Assembly: GCA_951406725.2 (NCBI GenBank)
Contig: OX597821.1
Coordinates: forward strand, 43,896,001 to 43,960,000
From: Octopus vulgaris
Lineage: Eukaryota
DNA: 64,000 nucleotides
Direction: 5' to 3'
Positions 39,657 through 55,024 of this stretch are shown here, in pieces. The position numbers were made by a program, and so were the translations under genes. How positions within the stretch are numbered: position 1 is the first letter of the stretch; each line of letters begins with the position of its first letter. The notes beneath the pieces are model-generated. The model saw nothing but the letters and a program-made list of their open reading frames with translations. It was not told where the DNA came from and ran no database searches.

Positions 39657-40648
39657 TTGGGAATGGGAGTGCGTGTTATAAATATATATATATATATATA
39701 AACATGTATATATTCATGTATATACATGTAATCACACACACACACGTACACGAACGGCTCCTGCGCAGTTCCTGTCTATTAAATTGCCTGTATAATGTTT
39801 GGTCGACCCCAAGGCTTTGATCGAAGCCGCCTTCCCAAGCTATCACAGAGCAAGAGTCAGCTTGATTTCCCAAAAGTTCTTGCAGAACCGGATCCCATGT
39901 TCGTAATACTCCACAGACCAAAGACAATTTTGACCTTTTGTTTGAAGATTGGCCCATTTTATAAGAAGTTCCTGGCGGGGTATCCTAATCACCTATATAT
40001 ATTTAGATCTTAGTTACCGACTAGCAATAGCCACTATCACGGAAATGTTATATTCTTAGCACAGATGCGGTACGATGTGATATTTATTCATAGTTTTTCC
40101 TCTGAGGTATCTATAATGCTTGTCCATATCAAATACCACCGTATCGAAAGATAGGGTTGTCATTAATGACTATTGTTATAAAACATGTATCTTCCTCTTA
40201 TTATAGCCGAAGCTGTTTATTTTTCAAACAGCTTTATTCTTTGATATTTTCCGACTTCGCTTTCATTTTCTCTATAAATATATATTGCGAAACAAAACCG
40301 TTGATTCAATATAATTTCGAAATAGCTCAACAACATCATGTAACTAACTACTTCAACGCCACCACAAAGACGATAGATTTCAAGTTCTTATTGACTTTGC
40401 ACTCAATCTGATAAGAAGATATCGATCGGTGATAGCTTAAAAACTAAAGTACCCTTTTAGATGACGTAAATGATTATCTTGTATACAGAAATGTCCCATA
40501 ATGTAGAGATATTTCATCTAAATTACTTCCTTTCAGGCACAATTATCTTATTAAATTATTTCTAAATATTTATTTCTTATGGTTTCCTTAAAACCGACGG
40601 ATTTCTCTCTCTTTTTCCCTTCTTGTCTATTCCCTGCCTCATGCCCCC

Positions 40649-40681
<33 letters not shown>

Positions 40682-40838
40682 TGTATGTATGTATGTATGT
40701 ATGTATGTATGTATGTATGAATGTATGCATGCATGTATGTATGTATGTATGTATGTATGTATGAATGTATGCATGTATGTATGTATGTATGTATGTATGT
40801 ATATGCATACATACATACATAAACATCTATATGTTTAT

Positions 40839-40870
<32 letters not shown>

Positions 40871-40899
40871 TTATATGTATGATGAATGTATGTATGTAC

Positions 40900-40985
<86 letters not shown>

Positions 40986-41827
40986 TCTTAGACTAACTAG
41001 GCATAATATTTGTACGTCGAGCTATTTTAAGATGACCTAATGAAATCTTAACTGCAAGGTTTTCTATAATCAAAGCCAAAAGATAAAACCACTCACCTCT
41101 CCTTTTCTCTTCAAATCCCATTCTTTCCCTTCTTCCCCTCATTTCTCTCCATCTCTCCATCTCTCCTACTCTCTTCCTCACTTCCTCTCTCTCCTCAACC
41201 CCATCCTCCCTTTATATAACCTCCCACACGCATTAATATTGTACCATCATACGTTAAGATTCCTTGAAGTCATTTGAAAAACTAACTAGACGTTTTTAAT
41301 ATGACACTTAACCGGAATAAAAATGATATTGCAACAATGGTTGTTGGACAATTTTCGTTGACTGCTTCTAAAACTCAGTATTATTTAGCCTGATTGGAAC
41401 AATGTTTCATCGCCTTGAGTAAAGTAAAATTGCCATTAACTACAGAAATGGTATGACAAAACGTGTTTACATTACATTACTCTCTGTCTGTAGGCTTCTA
41501 ACATACACTTAATACATTATCAGTAACTAAAAGGTTTCCACTTGAGATTGTAGATTCGCAAGTATTTCATTTACTAGGAAACATTTGTAAAGATAGTCTG
41601 TTGCTAGAAACTTGCTGACAGCACAAGTCGAATATTTTCCATTTTGGATTGTTGCACAGTGTATTAATTGAGATCTTTTTATTCTAACGGGGGTTACGGA
41701 AACATCAAGCTCTTGGGATTTCTTAATATAATTACAAGCCGATCAATGCTTATTCAGTCATTAAAGAAATAAAAGATAAAATAAAATAAAACACCATCGA
41801 AGAATGGAAGGAATACAAATATATGCG

Positions 41828-41988
<161 letters not shown>

Positions 41989-42160
41989 CATACATGAATG
42001 TGTATATATGTATATATACATATATATATATGTATATATATATATGTATGTATATATCTGTATATATGTATATATGTATATGTGTATATATATATGTCTA
42101 TATATGTATGTATGTGTATATATATGTATGTATATATATTTATATGTATATATATATATG

Positions 42161-42241
<81 letters not shown>

Positions 42242-43044
42242 ATATATAAATAAATAAATACAAACACACACATATACACACACGCAGATATATATTTCAT
42301 AACCTATGAGTGTGTGTTATCTTTTGAAAATATGTTCCTTGATATTTCTTGTGTTTCGTTATTCCTGCTTTCTTTGATAAATTGGTTTTTCTCTTTGAGG
42401 AGACATAATTTATTTCCTTTGTTATAATTTTTCTACCGAACTGAGAATGATTACCGAATATATTGTTTATCCCCATCTTTCTATTATTTGTTTTCTTGAG
42501 TTTGTGGTAAAGTCAAAATGAGTTAATTTAATACGTTTATGGCCTCAAAGGTGGTTTGAACCCAAAACATACTTTATTGAATTGCTGAAGGTCATACAAA
42601 TGGTGAAAAACATTGAAAAATGAGACGCTGTTCTGGGAGGAAATTCGATCTGGTGTGAGAGAATTATCTTGGAACTGTTTTCTCTATTTACAGTTATCTC
42701 ATTAATATTATGGGACATGATATAAAAATCTGTGAACCTTCGATTTGTTTTGTGTCTTTCCGTTCATCACCTCTTCCATCAATCCATCAATCATTTGATC
42801 GTTTATTTATGTCACGCAAGTATGATAAATAGAGATGGCCGTCTTCTTTACTTTTGTAATGAGATATTTAGGACCACAAATGACCGATGGTTTTGTTGAC
42901 TCCAAATTTAACGAAATTCAATTTGCTCTTCAGCAGCACAGAATTAGCGTTACGACTCAAAGTGAAATGGTTAAAATGAAAAACGCCTCGGAGCCAATTT
43001 GTACAAAAACATATAACAACAATAACAACAATGAAAACAGAATC

Positions 43045-43325
43045 TAAAAGTAGAAACAATTCCTATCACAGTAGACGCATTAGGTATGATAAAAAAATAT
43101 CCAGAGAAATATATAACAAAAACACGAGGACTTACAAGTATATGTAACATACAGAAAATAGCACTACTAGGCACCGCATACATCCTACGTAAAACACTTT
43201 CAATACAGCAACAATAAGAGCATCACAACAAAACACAACACATACCCAAGGTACATGGAGCTGCGCTTGGTAGTGTTGTGAAAGCATGTGACAAAAACAA
43301 AACTACTGAATATTATTATTAATAA
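43045..43325 (+). mobile_element. 5'-truncated Dong copy, same family as 29640
   Basis: NLKVETIPI..ALGMIKKY..IQKIALLGTAYILRKTLSIQ plus the same 3' UTR ending aaaactactgaat. Confidence 0.85.
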
Positions 43326-43404
43326 TAATAATAATATTTTTATGCGCCCTTTTCAAGCCTAGCCAGGCTCATGAGCCCGGTTTCCCGGTTTCTATGGCGT
43401 ACAC

Positions 43405-45790
43405 TGTTCCACATTCTGTGTTTAATTTCTCCTTCGGCTCTTAGGGCTGCTATTACTGTGTCCTCGAATGGTTCGCCATTTCTAGATATTAACCTGGATA
43501 GGCCATCAGCATGTCCGAGCTTTTTCGAAGGTAAACATTCCATGGCGTAGTCGTAGTTTAGTAGTATGGTGCCCCATCGCTGCAACCTGTTTGCTGTATG
43601 CACTGGCATTCCTTTCTTGAATTCATAAATCGTTAGCAACTAGCGATGGTCAGTTTGTAGTCTAAACCGTCTACCATGTATAAACCTGTGGAACATTTTT
43701 ATGCCAAATATAATCGCCATTGCCTCCTTTTCAATTTGGCTATAATTTTTTCCCGCTGGCAATAGCGTCCTTTTGGCTGCTATCTTCACATTTGTGTAAG
43801 AGTAAGGCACCTATCTTGTACTCACTAGCATCTGTTGCCCGTATCGTTTCCGACTTCGGATCGAAGTGTGTAAGCGACAAGTCTGAAGGTAACATGCTTT
43901 TTGGTTCCTCAAATGCCTTCTAGCATTTTTCTAAGCAAAATCATTTGGCATCCTTTTTAACAGCTCGTTGTGTTGTGTATATTCGGGATATATGATTGAT
44001 AGTAATATAGTTTACCAAGCCTAAAAATGCTTGTAACAATTTGACGTTCGTTGGAGGAGGCATATTCCATATTGCTGTCGCCCTTGATTGGTTTGGTCTT
44101 CGTCCCCTTTCGTCAATTATTTGACCCAAATATTTGATTTTTTTCATCTAAAATTCACACTTTTCTTCTGTTAGTCTAAACCCGTATTTATTTATTTTCC
44201 CGTATACTTTTTTAATATGTTCAAAGTGTTGCTCCTCTGTCTCACTCTTTATCAAAATATCATCGCGATAAGCGACAGCGAAGTTGCAATTATTTAACAT
44301 TGCATCCATCATTTGTTGGAATATTGCAGGTGCCACTTTTACTCCAGAAGACAGCCGCTAGAATTAATACAATCCACGATGTGTGTTGACTGTTAAAAAG
44401 TGAGCGCAGTCTTCCTCTACCTGTATCTGTAGATAGGCCTCCGAGAGGTCTAACTTCGAGAACATTTTTCCTCCATTTAGTTTTGAAAACACTTCTTCTG
44501 GACTTGGTAATGGATAATTGTGTTCAGCTAAACAGTCATTTAATCCAGTCGAAAAGTCGGCACACACTATAAGGTTATTATTTTTTTCTTTACATAAACC
44601 ATTGGAGCTGCCCAGTCTGAATGGTCGACTTTTTCAATTATAGCTAGACTTTCTAGTCTTTCTAGCTCTTTATTGACCTGGTCCAACGCCGCAAACGGTA
44701 CGTTCCATTTGGGCCTAAAAAACAGGTATTGTCTTTTCTTTTTCCGCGATCCTCGCTTTTGTTTTAGTGCAATAGCCTAATCCTTAAAAAAATAAATAAA
44801 TAAGTAAATAAATAATGATATTTAGAAACAATTAAAAACTTTTTTGTTTCGTTTGTTTGACTTCATTCGAACTTTTAACCGTGTTGACTACATTTTCACA
44901 GAAAACACTAATGGGGGTCTCCCACATTTCAAATAACTCCATGCATACTGTGCCAAGATTGTCCTTTTCGTTTCATCTCGAAAAGTTACATTGCAAATAC
45001 ATTCGCCGATGAAATATAATTTCTTTCTTGTAACACCATATGCTACTTTATTTGATTTAAATAATTTCGGCTCACCGATTTGTCGCCATGTTTCTTCATT
45101 TTTGATTATGATGCCACTACCTGTGTCTAATTGCATTTTGACACTAGTGCTTTCGATTCTCACCTTGATGAATTTTCTGTTCGTTGTATAAACTTTTTTC
45201 TCCGATGACAAACAATTTCTTTTTTCTCATTTGGTTCAATTTTTTATCGTCTTAGTCCTTCAGTGCAGTTTAACGTGTCCTGTGTTCCCACAACGAAAAC
45301 ACTTAGCCTTTTTGAATGGACACTCTTTTCTCAGGTGCCTACCACTGCATGCCATACATAGGTTTATCTTCTGTTGTATGTCGTGCTTTTTGTGAAACAC
45401 TTTATCCGTCTTCCGACTCTTCCACATTGATTTTATCTGTAAACAATCTCTTCTGTGTCGTGCCTTACATTTAATATCATATTACACTCTTTTGACAGTC
45501 CTGGAGAGTTATATCCTGGTTCATTTCCAGCTTTGCGAGAATTTTCCTGCTGACTTTTGCGTCCTTTTTAGCTGTAAGTCCCTGAACAAAAGTAAGGCAC
45601 TTGAACGAGTCTGGAGTTAGTTTATCCAGTTTAATCTCTCGCACTCTTTGTTCATGCTACCTGCATGTATGGTAAAGTCTTCGTCTTCTCTTTTCTCAGT
45701 GTTCAAACACTTCCAACGTGTGTTGAACAACGATTTTTTTCTCCGAACATCTTACATAAAATGTCAATTGTGTCTGTGAAATTTATATCA
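43405..45790 (-). mobile_element. Ty3/Gypsy LTR-retrotransposon internal region (gag-PR-RT-RNase H), truncated
   Basis: Zinc knuckle CFRCGNTGH; protease QLDTGS; RT CADFSTGLN, FSKLDLSEAYLQ, THRGLY, APAIFQQ, AYRDDILI; RNase H TDAS, IEKEA, TDH, RLQRW, HADGLSRL. No integrase or LTRs seen. Confidence 0.92.
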
Positions 45791-45879
45791 GAAAAAAAAA
45801 AAGTCCGCTCTTTTGAACGTCAGTGCAGGAAAAGAAAGATGATCACATGAGGAAAAGAAAGATAGAAAGAAGAAAACAG

Positions 45880-46328
45880 TATCACCTTTCTTTTCCTCAC
45901 GTGACCGTCTTTCTTTTCCTGCATGGACGTTCAAAAGAGTGGACGTTTTATTCTCCCTCTTCTATCCTTTCTCTTTACAAAAAAAAAAAAAAAAAAAAAT
46001 TTCTCACAGTTTATTTTCCTCTCGTTCTGGTCTAACGACCCTCCATGTCTGTTTTCGTTCGGTTTTCTTGTATGTCTCCACTGTCATGTTTTTGTTCCCA
46101 ACTTTGACCCTCCATAATTCCTAAATCATATTTTAAAATTTATGGGAGCAACTATCTTTGAAGACTCATATTGTTATTGAATGCTGGAAATGAGGAGTTG
46201 ATAGACAGCCGACAACTGATGAAGGGTCTTTTCTCTGTGTTTACTTGTCCTGTTTACCATTTTCCTTCTCGTTGTTTACGTATTTCATGTTGTTTGAACC
46301 GTTGGTGACGTCCTGTACCCATATATGC

Positions 46329-46409
<81 letters not shown>

Positions 46410-46644
46410 TGTATGTATGTATGTATGTATGTATGCATGCATGCATGCATGTATGTTTATATGTTTTTTACTATTTATTATTTAACTAAACGCCACGCAT
46501 TCATTTCCAATTAAGTTTATCTTCACCTTTTTGATGTGACTCTCTTCTCTATACTGTTGTCTTCCTCCATCCTTCTCTAATTCCCTTTCTCCCCTCCCTC
46601 CTTCACCTTTTTCTGTCTGTCTGTCTCTCCTCTCTCTCTCTCCT

Positions 46645-46683
<39 letters not shown>

Positions 46684-46900
46684 GCCCACACGTGACCATC
46701 GTCCATTTTTTTTTCCTTCACGGACGTTCAAAAGAGCAGACATGTTATTATCTCTTTTCTATCTTTTCTCTTTTCAAAAAAATATTTCTCCCAGCGTTCA
46801 CTATTTTCCTCTCGTTCTGGTTTAACGACTCTCCATATTTGTTTATGTTCGATTTCCTTGTATGTCTCCACTGTCATGTATTTGTTCCCAATTTAAAGCC
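45880..46900 (+). repeat. Two tandem partial copies of the 3270 repeat family, preceded by an inverted segment
   Basis: Shared ggacgttcaaaagag and tgtatgtctccactgtcatg blocks in both copies. Confidence 0.75.
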
Positions 46901-47194
46901 TCTAAGGGATAGATATAGCCAAAGGCACTCTAGGCAATTACTTTAGTAGGTATAGTCCTTGGTTAAAGGTGTACGGCAGCAGGTAATTTGGCGGGTAAAT
47001 CGTAGTTTAGTTTATATAGACGATAAGAAAATGGAGTAAAAATAAAAATTAGAAGTGTGTGTTTTGCGCTAGGAAGCCATTATTTAATTAGTTAAGAAAT
47101 AATGGCTTCTAGCACAAAAGACACACTTCTTATTGTTATTTTCCCTTCATTTTCCTATCGTCTATGCCTATGTGTATATATATCTTTTATCGTT

Positions 47195-47545
47195 AATCCC
47201 CATATTTGTTTCAGTCATTAGACTACGGCCATGCTAGAGCACTAGTTTGGACGATTTTTAGTCTGTAGAAGTGCTTATTCTTTCAAACCTGGTACTAATT
47301 CTATAGGTTGCTTTTTGACGAACCACCGGTTGTCAAGCAGCGTTGGGGGACAAGCATACCCACATACACACGCACGCATACACACACGCACACACATGCA
47401 CGCACGCACATACCCACACTCACCCATCCTCCCACGCACATGCACACACACACATAAACACAGAGTACGGGCTTCTTTTAGTTTCCATCTACCAAGTCCG
47501 CTTACCCGTAGCAAAATTCTTAACACAGCCACGCCTTCACCAACA
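47195..47545 (-). mobile_element. SINE family A
   Basis: Reverse-complement homology to 791-1240. Confidence 0.7.
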
Positions 47546-47876
47546 TGTATGTATGTATGTATGTATGTATGAATGTATCTATCTATCTATCTATCTATCT
47601 ATCGGTGCGTTTGAACTAAGAAACTTGTGTTTATTAAAATACTGGATATTACTGGTCTGGCTCAATCTTGCATCTATGTCGCCATTGCTCTACAAATATA
47701 ATCTATAGTGAATCACTCGACGCGTATTTATTTATTCATGTTTAAATATATCTGTCGTCCATCTAATTTTTGGGCCCGGGAAATGCACTTCGTACTCAGA
47801 ACAATTACGTACCACTATCATTTTTATTTTTATTTTTGCGATAAGGCTAACATTAACACACACACGCACATTGCAT

Positions 47877-47907
<31 letters not shown>

Positions 47908-47941
47908 TATTTGTGTGCATGCGCGCGCGCGTGTGTATACG

Positions 47942-48285
47942 AAGGCACAAGGCTCAGTGGTTAGATTGTCGGGTTGACAATCATGAGGTAATGAGTTCGA
48001 TTCAGAGACAGGTTTTCTTGTGTTCTTGAGCAAGACACCTTATTTCGCGCTGTTCCAGTTCACTCACCTGTTGAAATGAGTTGCAACGTTACTGGAGCCA
48101 GGCTTTATCGGCCTTTGCCTTTCCCTTGGATAACATCGGTGACGTGGAAAGAGAAGGCTGGTATGCATGGGTGACTACCGGTCTTCCGTAAACAATCTTG
48201 TCCGAACTTGTGCTTCGGAGGGGAACTTTCTAGGTGCAATCCCATGGTCATTCATGACCGAAAGGGGTATTTAGCCTTTACCTTT
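47942..48285 (+). mobile_element. SINE family D
   Basis: ggctcagtggttag A box, gagttcgattc B box; homologous to 23450. Confidence 0.8.
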
Positions 48286-48291
48286 ATATAT

Positions 48292-49290
<999 letters not shown>

Positions 49291-49921
49291 TTCGCTTAGG
49301 CATTGCGAAACTAATAACTTCATATTCAATGCTTCAATGAGGCTATATAGTGTATCTTGCAGAAGAAACAGTTTTAAGCTCATAAAGTCCATAAGATAAT
49401 CGTTTATTCTTTTGTCATCTCATTTTCTTATTTATATATATATGTAAATAATAATAATATTTTATAAGCTTAAAGCTTATAAGCGACCACTGTGCATTGA
49501 CTAAGGTAAATAGTCTAATATTGGAGCAAATAAATCCTCGAAAGAAAAAAAGTAAGGCTTTCCGTACACAAGAGACTCGAAACTACACTTTTCTGTATTT
49601 GGGACAAGTGTGTTACCTTGCGTACAGCCTAATATTTTTTCCGTCAGATTTAAGAACTATAGTTCATAGTGTTTTCCGGTTTTTTTTTGTAAGCAATCTT
49701 TCTACGTGCGTTTTCTTCGATTAATTGGTAAGCGATGCCGAATTTTACAGTCTGTTAACAACAACAACAATAACAACAACAAAACAATAATATATAAGAA
49801 AGTATATAAGCGATCGCCGTGCATTGACTAAGGTATACATGGGCGACTGCCGGCCTTCCATAAACAACCTTGTTCGGACCTGTGCTTCGGAGGGGAACTT
49901 TCTAGGTAGAATGCTATGGTC

Positions 49922-49984
<63 letters not shown>

Positions 49985-50028
49985 ATAATTGAGCTGATAG
50001 AAATTACTCAGAGAGATCAGTGGCATGT

Positions 50029-50100
<72 letters not shown>

Positions 50101-50699
50101 GTACGTATGTGTGTGTGTGTGTGTATGTTTTGGGAGATGTTTTGGTTTGGTGTGTGTGTGTTGGATGTTTTATGGATTATCCTTCTCGTGAATTGCATTA
50201 TGAGCTGAAGAGTTTTGCGACAATCTTTTAAAACGCCAGCATTTCCTGTAGAATTTGTGTGATTTATTGGTATCTTTATACCTTTTCTCAATATTATAGA
50301 TGTTACTGGCGTCTCTTTATGTTTTAGCTAAAGGATATTTCATCTCAATCTTGAACTAAAATATAAAAAAAAGAAGAAACGAAAACCTTTTAAAATAAAG
50401 GATTGTAAAAATGGCAAAAAAACCTTTTAACGATCAATCTAAGGTATTTTACTTTTCTTTATTGATGTTTGTCAATGCATAAATCGCTGTTGTCATGCAA
50501 GAAAATTTTCCTGGAGGACTTTGCCAATTTTAGAACTGGCTGTCGGAAAGGATATTATATGTTTTATGAATAGATATTTGTCAAATGCTTACACTATTGT
50601 TTACAATATCCACCGAAATTGTATGCAGGATAATCAATATCAATTGACGCTTTATCGATCACAAATCTAACTTTTCAAAGCTAGTGGTACAGTTGCAAG

Positions 50700-51000
50700 G
50701 TACAATTGCAAACAATCCTCTCCTTTATTATTTGGGGTCTCTTTCCATTATCGCCAGTTTGGTTTCCATAGAGTCAGACATGCTTGAATCTTGTTCGCCT
50801 CTGTTACATACCTGTGGTGCCTCGTCACTGACAACTTTAGTCAAAGTAATTTTGTTACACTGGACATCAGTAGATCCTTCTCCTGTGTCTAATAGAACCC
50901 CATGGACGACATCCATCTCTTATCACTTAGATAAGAAGTTTACTGTTTCCCGCAAAGTCGTTATAAATAACCCTCGAAGTTGCTTCTCCACTCACAATTT
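50700..51000 (+). mobile_element. Decayed CR1/jockey-type RT fragment
   Basis: RQFGFHR and VTLDISRSF correspond to the conserved QxGFR and ALDISKAF motifs. Confidence 0.65.
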
Positions 51001-51154
51001 CTTAAATCTCCCATAGAAAACTACATTGCATAGGGATGGTGAATAATTGAAGGATGAGGATTCAGTTCTTCGATCACCTGAATTACCTGCTCTTGAATTA
51101 ACGTATAAGTGGCTGAGCATTCCACAGACACGTGTATGCTTGTCCTATATCTTT

Positions 51155-51550
51155 TATATTTTTCTTGTTTCAGTAATTTGATTGAAGTCATGCTGGGGCA
51201 TAACCTTGAAGAGCTTTAGTCGAATAAATCTACCCCTGGACTTATTTGTACAAGCCTAGTACTTGTTCTATCGGTCTCTTTTGCCAAATCGCTAAGTAAT
51301 GGAGGACATAAACACACCAACACCAGTTATCAAGCAGTGGTAGGAGACAAACACAGACACAAAGACACATAGATTTATGCATATACACGACGGGCTTCTT
51401 TTCAGTTTCCGTCTTCCAAATCCACTCACAATGCTTTGATTGGCCCGAGGCTATAACAGAAGACAGTTTCTCAGTGTGTCACGCAGTGGGACTGAATCCA
51501 GAACCATGTGGTTGGGAAGCAAGCTTCTTAGCACACAGCCACGCCTGCGC
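51155..51550 (-). mobile_element. SINE family A, full length
   Basis: Head ggcgcaggcgtggctgtg on the minus strand; full body matches 791-1240. Confidence 0.85.
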
Positions 51551-52565
51551 CTTAATGTAATTCTTAGACCGTATCAGCTTCAATGTGTAACAAAGCTGTA
51601 CCATTTAAATTATATTGTATAATCCACTCGGTTTCTCTCACAAGGTATGGGTTGACTTGGGGCTAGAGAAAATAACATTTGCCCAAGATACAATGCAGTG
51701 CGCTTGAAACTGGAAACTCGTGGCTGTAAAGCAAACTTCTTAATCATTCGGCCATACTGCACCCATACGTAACATGTATAATATATAATATGCTCCACAA
51801 TGTCCGGGTTTAGAATAAAACAATTTTTATGCTAGTACACGACTACAAATATTTAATTATCTGAAGCTGATACCAACAAATTTACAGCACAGTATCGGAC
51901 CCAGTAGCACAACTGTACGCACAAACATAGAATCAAGTACACAGGTGTTAATAGCTATCAAGCGTAGGCTTCAGTAAATAGACGATGCCGAAAGAAAACA
52001 AAATCTATATCACAAAAAAAAACAAAAAAAAAAACAAGGATTCCTTTTCAGAGTCTAAAAATTCTTTCGCTCGAATCAGTAGGTGAGTGATCCAGACAAA
52101 AAAAAAAAATGCTACTCACACTGGAACTAGAAAACTGCCAAAATATCTCCGGTGTTTAAAGGAAGGTCATTCGACCGATCAGCTAATACCCACTGACAAA
52201 CACTACAACTATGGGCTTACAAAATCAAGGTGATTTGTCTTTTTTATTGCTGCTACAATACTACATCTGGTCTGATGTAGCAAGTTCAGTACAGTCACCC
52301 CCTTTTCTCTGGATGCACCCCACCTTGTCCATTCTGGTCATAAAAAAAAACTCGCTAGAGTCATAGTCTTCTGGAATTTCTAATCTGCTAACATTGTTGT
52401 GCTTGTTGGTGGTCGTTAAAGACAGGTTAGCACTGGTTGATGAAGATCTCGGATCATAAGCACGTCAGTCGCGACCATCCAGGTATTTATTCAAGCAGGG
52501 TGTCTGAGATTGTTTTTCTCCAACGAAGAAACAAAGTGCAAATTGATATATCACGTACGCACACG

Positions 52566-52618
<53 letters not shown>

Positions 52619-52718
52619 GCGCGCGCACGCAGGAACACATATCCATGTATGTATACACGCACACACACATATGTATTACATTATATTACAGAGAGAGAGA
52701 GAGAGAGAGAGATAAGTA

Positions 52719-53106
52719 TCTCTCTATATATAAACGGCAGTTTGTCTGTGCGTGTTTCTGTGTGTCTGTTTTCTCGTACCCTCACCCTGACCACGGCTTT
52801 CAACCGATTCTGATGAAACTTGACACACACATAGCCCAATGTCATAATTCAAAACTAACGCAGCGAAAATTTTGAAAAGTTAACCCCAGTTCTGAAAAAA
52901 ATCGATAAATTCGACATGGGGTCGAGAATCAAAAAAAACAAACCACAGACTGTCTAGGGGACGCAACTCAACCTTTTTTTACTCTCAAAAAAAAATTTAC
53001 CATAATTTTTTTTCCATTTTTTTGCTATTTTTTGGCTATAACTCTCTAAAAATGCTTTATAGTTATTTCCCTTACAAACCTGAGCAACGCCGGGCGATAC
53101 TGCTAG
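52719..53106 (+). mobile_element. Non-autonomous Helitron
   Basis: Sits between A and T; starts TCTCTCTATATATAAA and ends with hairpin cctgagcaacgccggg followed by CTAG. Confidence 0.8.
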
Positions 53107-53262
53107 TATGTCTATAATTTTGTATGTATGCTTGTATGTACGTATATATATATACATACACAGGTAAACACATAAGTGCAAAAGAAGGTGGAAAAAAATA
53201 ATACTCGAATACCAAAGGTAGGGTAATATGCTGTTTATTAAAGCTGCAAAATTATCACAAAA

Positions 53263-53300
53263 CTGTTACTCAGAGTTTAACGTTCTCGTTCGTCAGACAG
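53263..53300 (-). ncRNA. Minimal hammerhead ribozyme motif with one core mutation
   Basis: CTGT CTGACGA ACG-AGAA-CGT TAAA CTC-T-GAG TA ACAG; all three helices pair and GAAA reads TAAA. Confidence 0.65.
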
Positions 53301-53869
53301 CTGTGACAAATACTGTGTTAAAATCGTCATTGTACGTCTAATATGTTTTGTGTGTGTGTGTGTGTGTGTGTGTACGCCTATATATTAATTGAAGTGATGT
53401 GAATTGTATATCCATTGCATCCAATATTACAAATCGGTTTCACACTGGATGTTAAACCGGATGTTAGATAACAGCCCGATTACATAACTCTGCTCTCATC
53501 AGAGCGAGCATTTATGACAAAAACCATGGCAACTAATTGGTAATGGAGGTGAAAAAAACGCACCTGGTCAATAAAGAAAAGGTTGAGAGAGTATTCGAAC
53601 CTCCGGCTTGCTCCCTGTCATCAGACTGATATGGTAAGCAAGTTGATATAGGCGAGCAAGCTGACATTAACTGTATAGGTGCACTGTGTGCCACATGTCA
53701 GATGACGAGATGATCGCAGAGCAACGTGAGATGAAGTGCTTTGCTCAAGAAACCAACGACCAGTCCGGGGAATCGAACCTACGATTTCGCAGTCATGAAT
53801 GCAACACCCTAACCACTAAGCCATGCACATATATAAATGTATATATATATAATTATGTATATGTACGCA

Positions 53870-53905
<36 letters not shown>

Positions 53906-54747
53906 CGTGTGTGTATATATATATTTACATACACACTGACGCTCACATATGCACAAGCGCACGCACACATGCGCACACACACGCATAAGCCCACGCACAC
54001 GCACGTACACACCCAATATAATCTTATTCGTGACTGGTTTACAGAGATAATCAACTTTCGTTGTTTGACCTTCATACTTCACAACTAGTGACTACATCCA
54101 GTGTGAATCTTCTTGCCTGTTGGGAGAGAAGGAAGACAGTACAGAAATAGTTCAACGTTAAACAATATCTAATCTAAAAGTGTAATTACACCTAATGTTA
54201 AAACAACTTTCAAAGCCAATCCCAGATATAATGTGTGAATATTCTTAAAATGACCAAAAGTCATCATAAGATTCAAACAAAAGTTATACGGTTTCAAAAC
54301 AAATTAAATATTGAAGATTACTAGATCTTTAACTTGATACACTAGTGGGCTAGTTGACTGAATGGCCTGATGTTAACTCACTATCTATTGGCCATAGTGG
54401 CACACTTACAAGTATATAGTAGGTTTCACTATACATCGACTAAGTATATAGGTGTATACATGCAGACACATACAATAGAGCACATGGACAAGCACACACA
54501 CACACACGCACAAACACGCGCGCACACACATACACATGCACGTTTATGTATTTGGTTTGCAAGATTCATGGGACGGAGAGTCGCTGAAGAGATCATGGAA
54601 TGTGTGATGAAAGAACTTCGACAGACGAATAAACTAAAAATCATAATAATGAAACTAAAGTGAAGATCGAATAAATAGTGTGTATTTAGTTGGTGGTGAC
54701 TGGAAATGCATTAGAGAGTCAATCTCTTCAATCAGCTCGTTGCGCTG

Positions 54748-54817
54748 CCTGCCTGGTGTCTGTAACTGAAGAAGAGATAACTACTCCGAAATGCTAGCAT
54801 CTCACAGTCTAGGTAGG
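54748..54817 (+). ncRNA. Type I hammerhead ribozyme (Penelope/retrozyme type)
   Basis: CTGAAGA core (54766-54772); helix II GAG/CTC with an A.C closing mismatch; GAAA; palindromic helix III ATGCTAGCAT; AUC triplet (cut after 54801); helix I ctgtaa/tcacag extended by cctgcctgg/ctaggtagg. Confidence 0.7.
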
Positions 54818-54997
54818 TGACGTTGCGAGCTGATCAGCTGTATATACACCATTTCCGTGACAAAACGCAGTAGCTTGTTTTCCAGTTCGAACGTACCTCA
54901 AACATATTCGGACTTACAATATTGCAAAAGATGACCATCTCCAAATATAACGATGTAACTACACACGTGCTGTTGGTGATATTGTTCATTTTCCTTT

Positions 54998-55024
54998 CTG
55001 ACGAAGTGCTATGCTCGAAACGTC
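54998..55024 (+). ncRNA. Minimal hammerhead-like motif
   Basis: CTGACGA A GTGC-TAT-GCTC GAAAC GTC; ACGT palindrome serves as helix III; helix I is weak. Confidence 0.5.
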
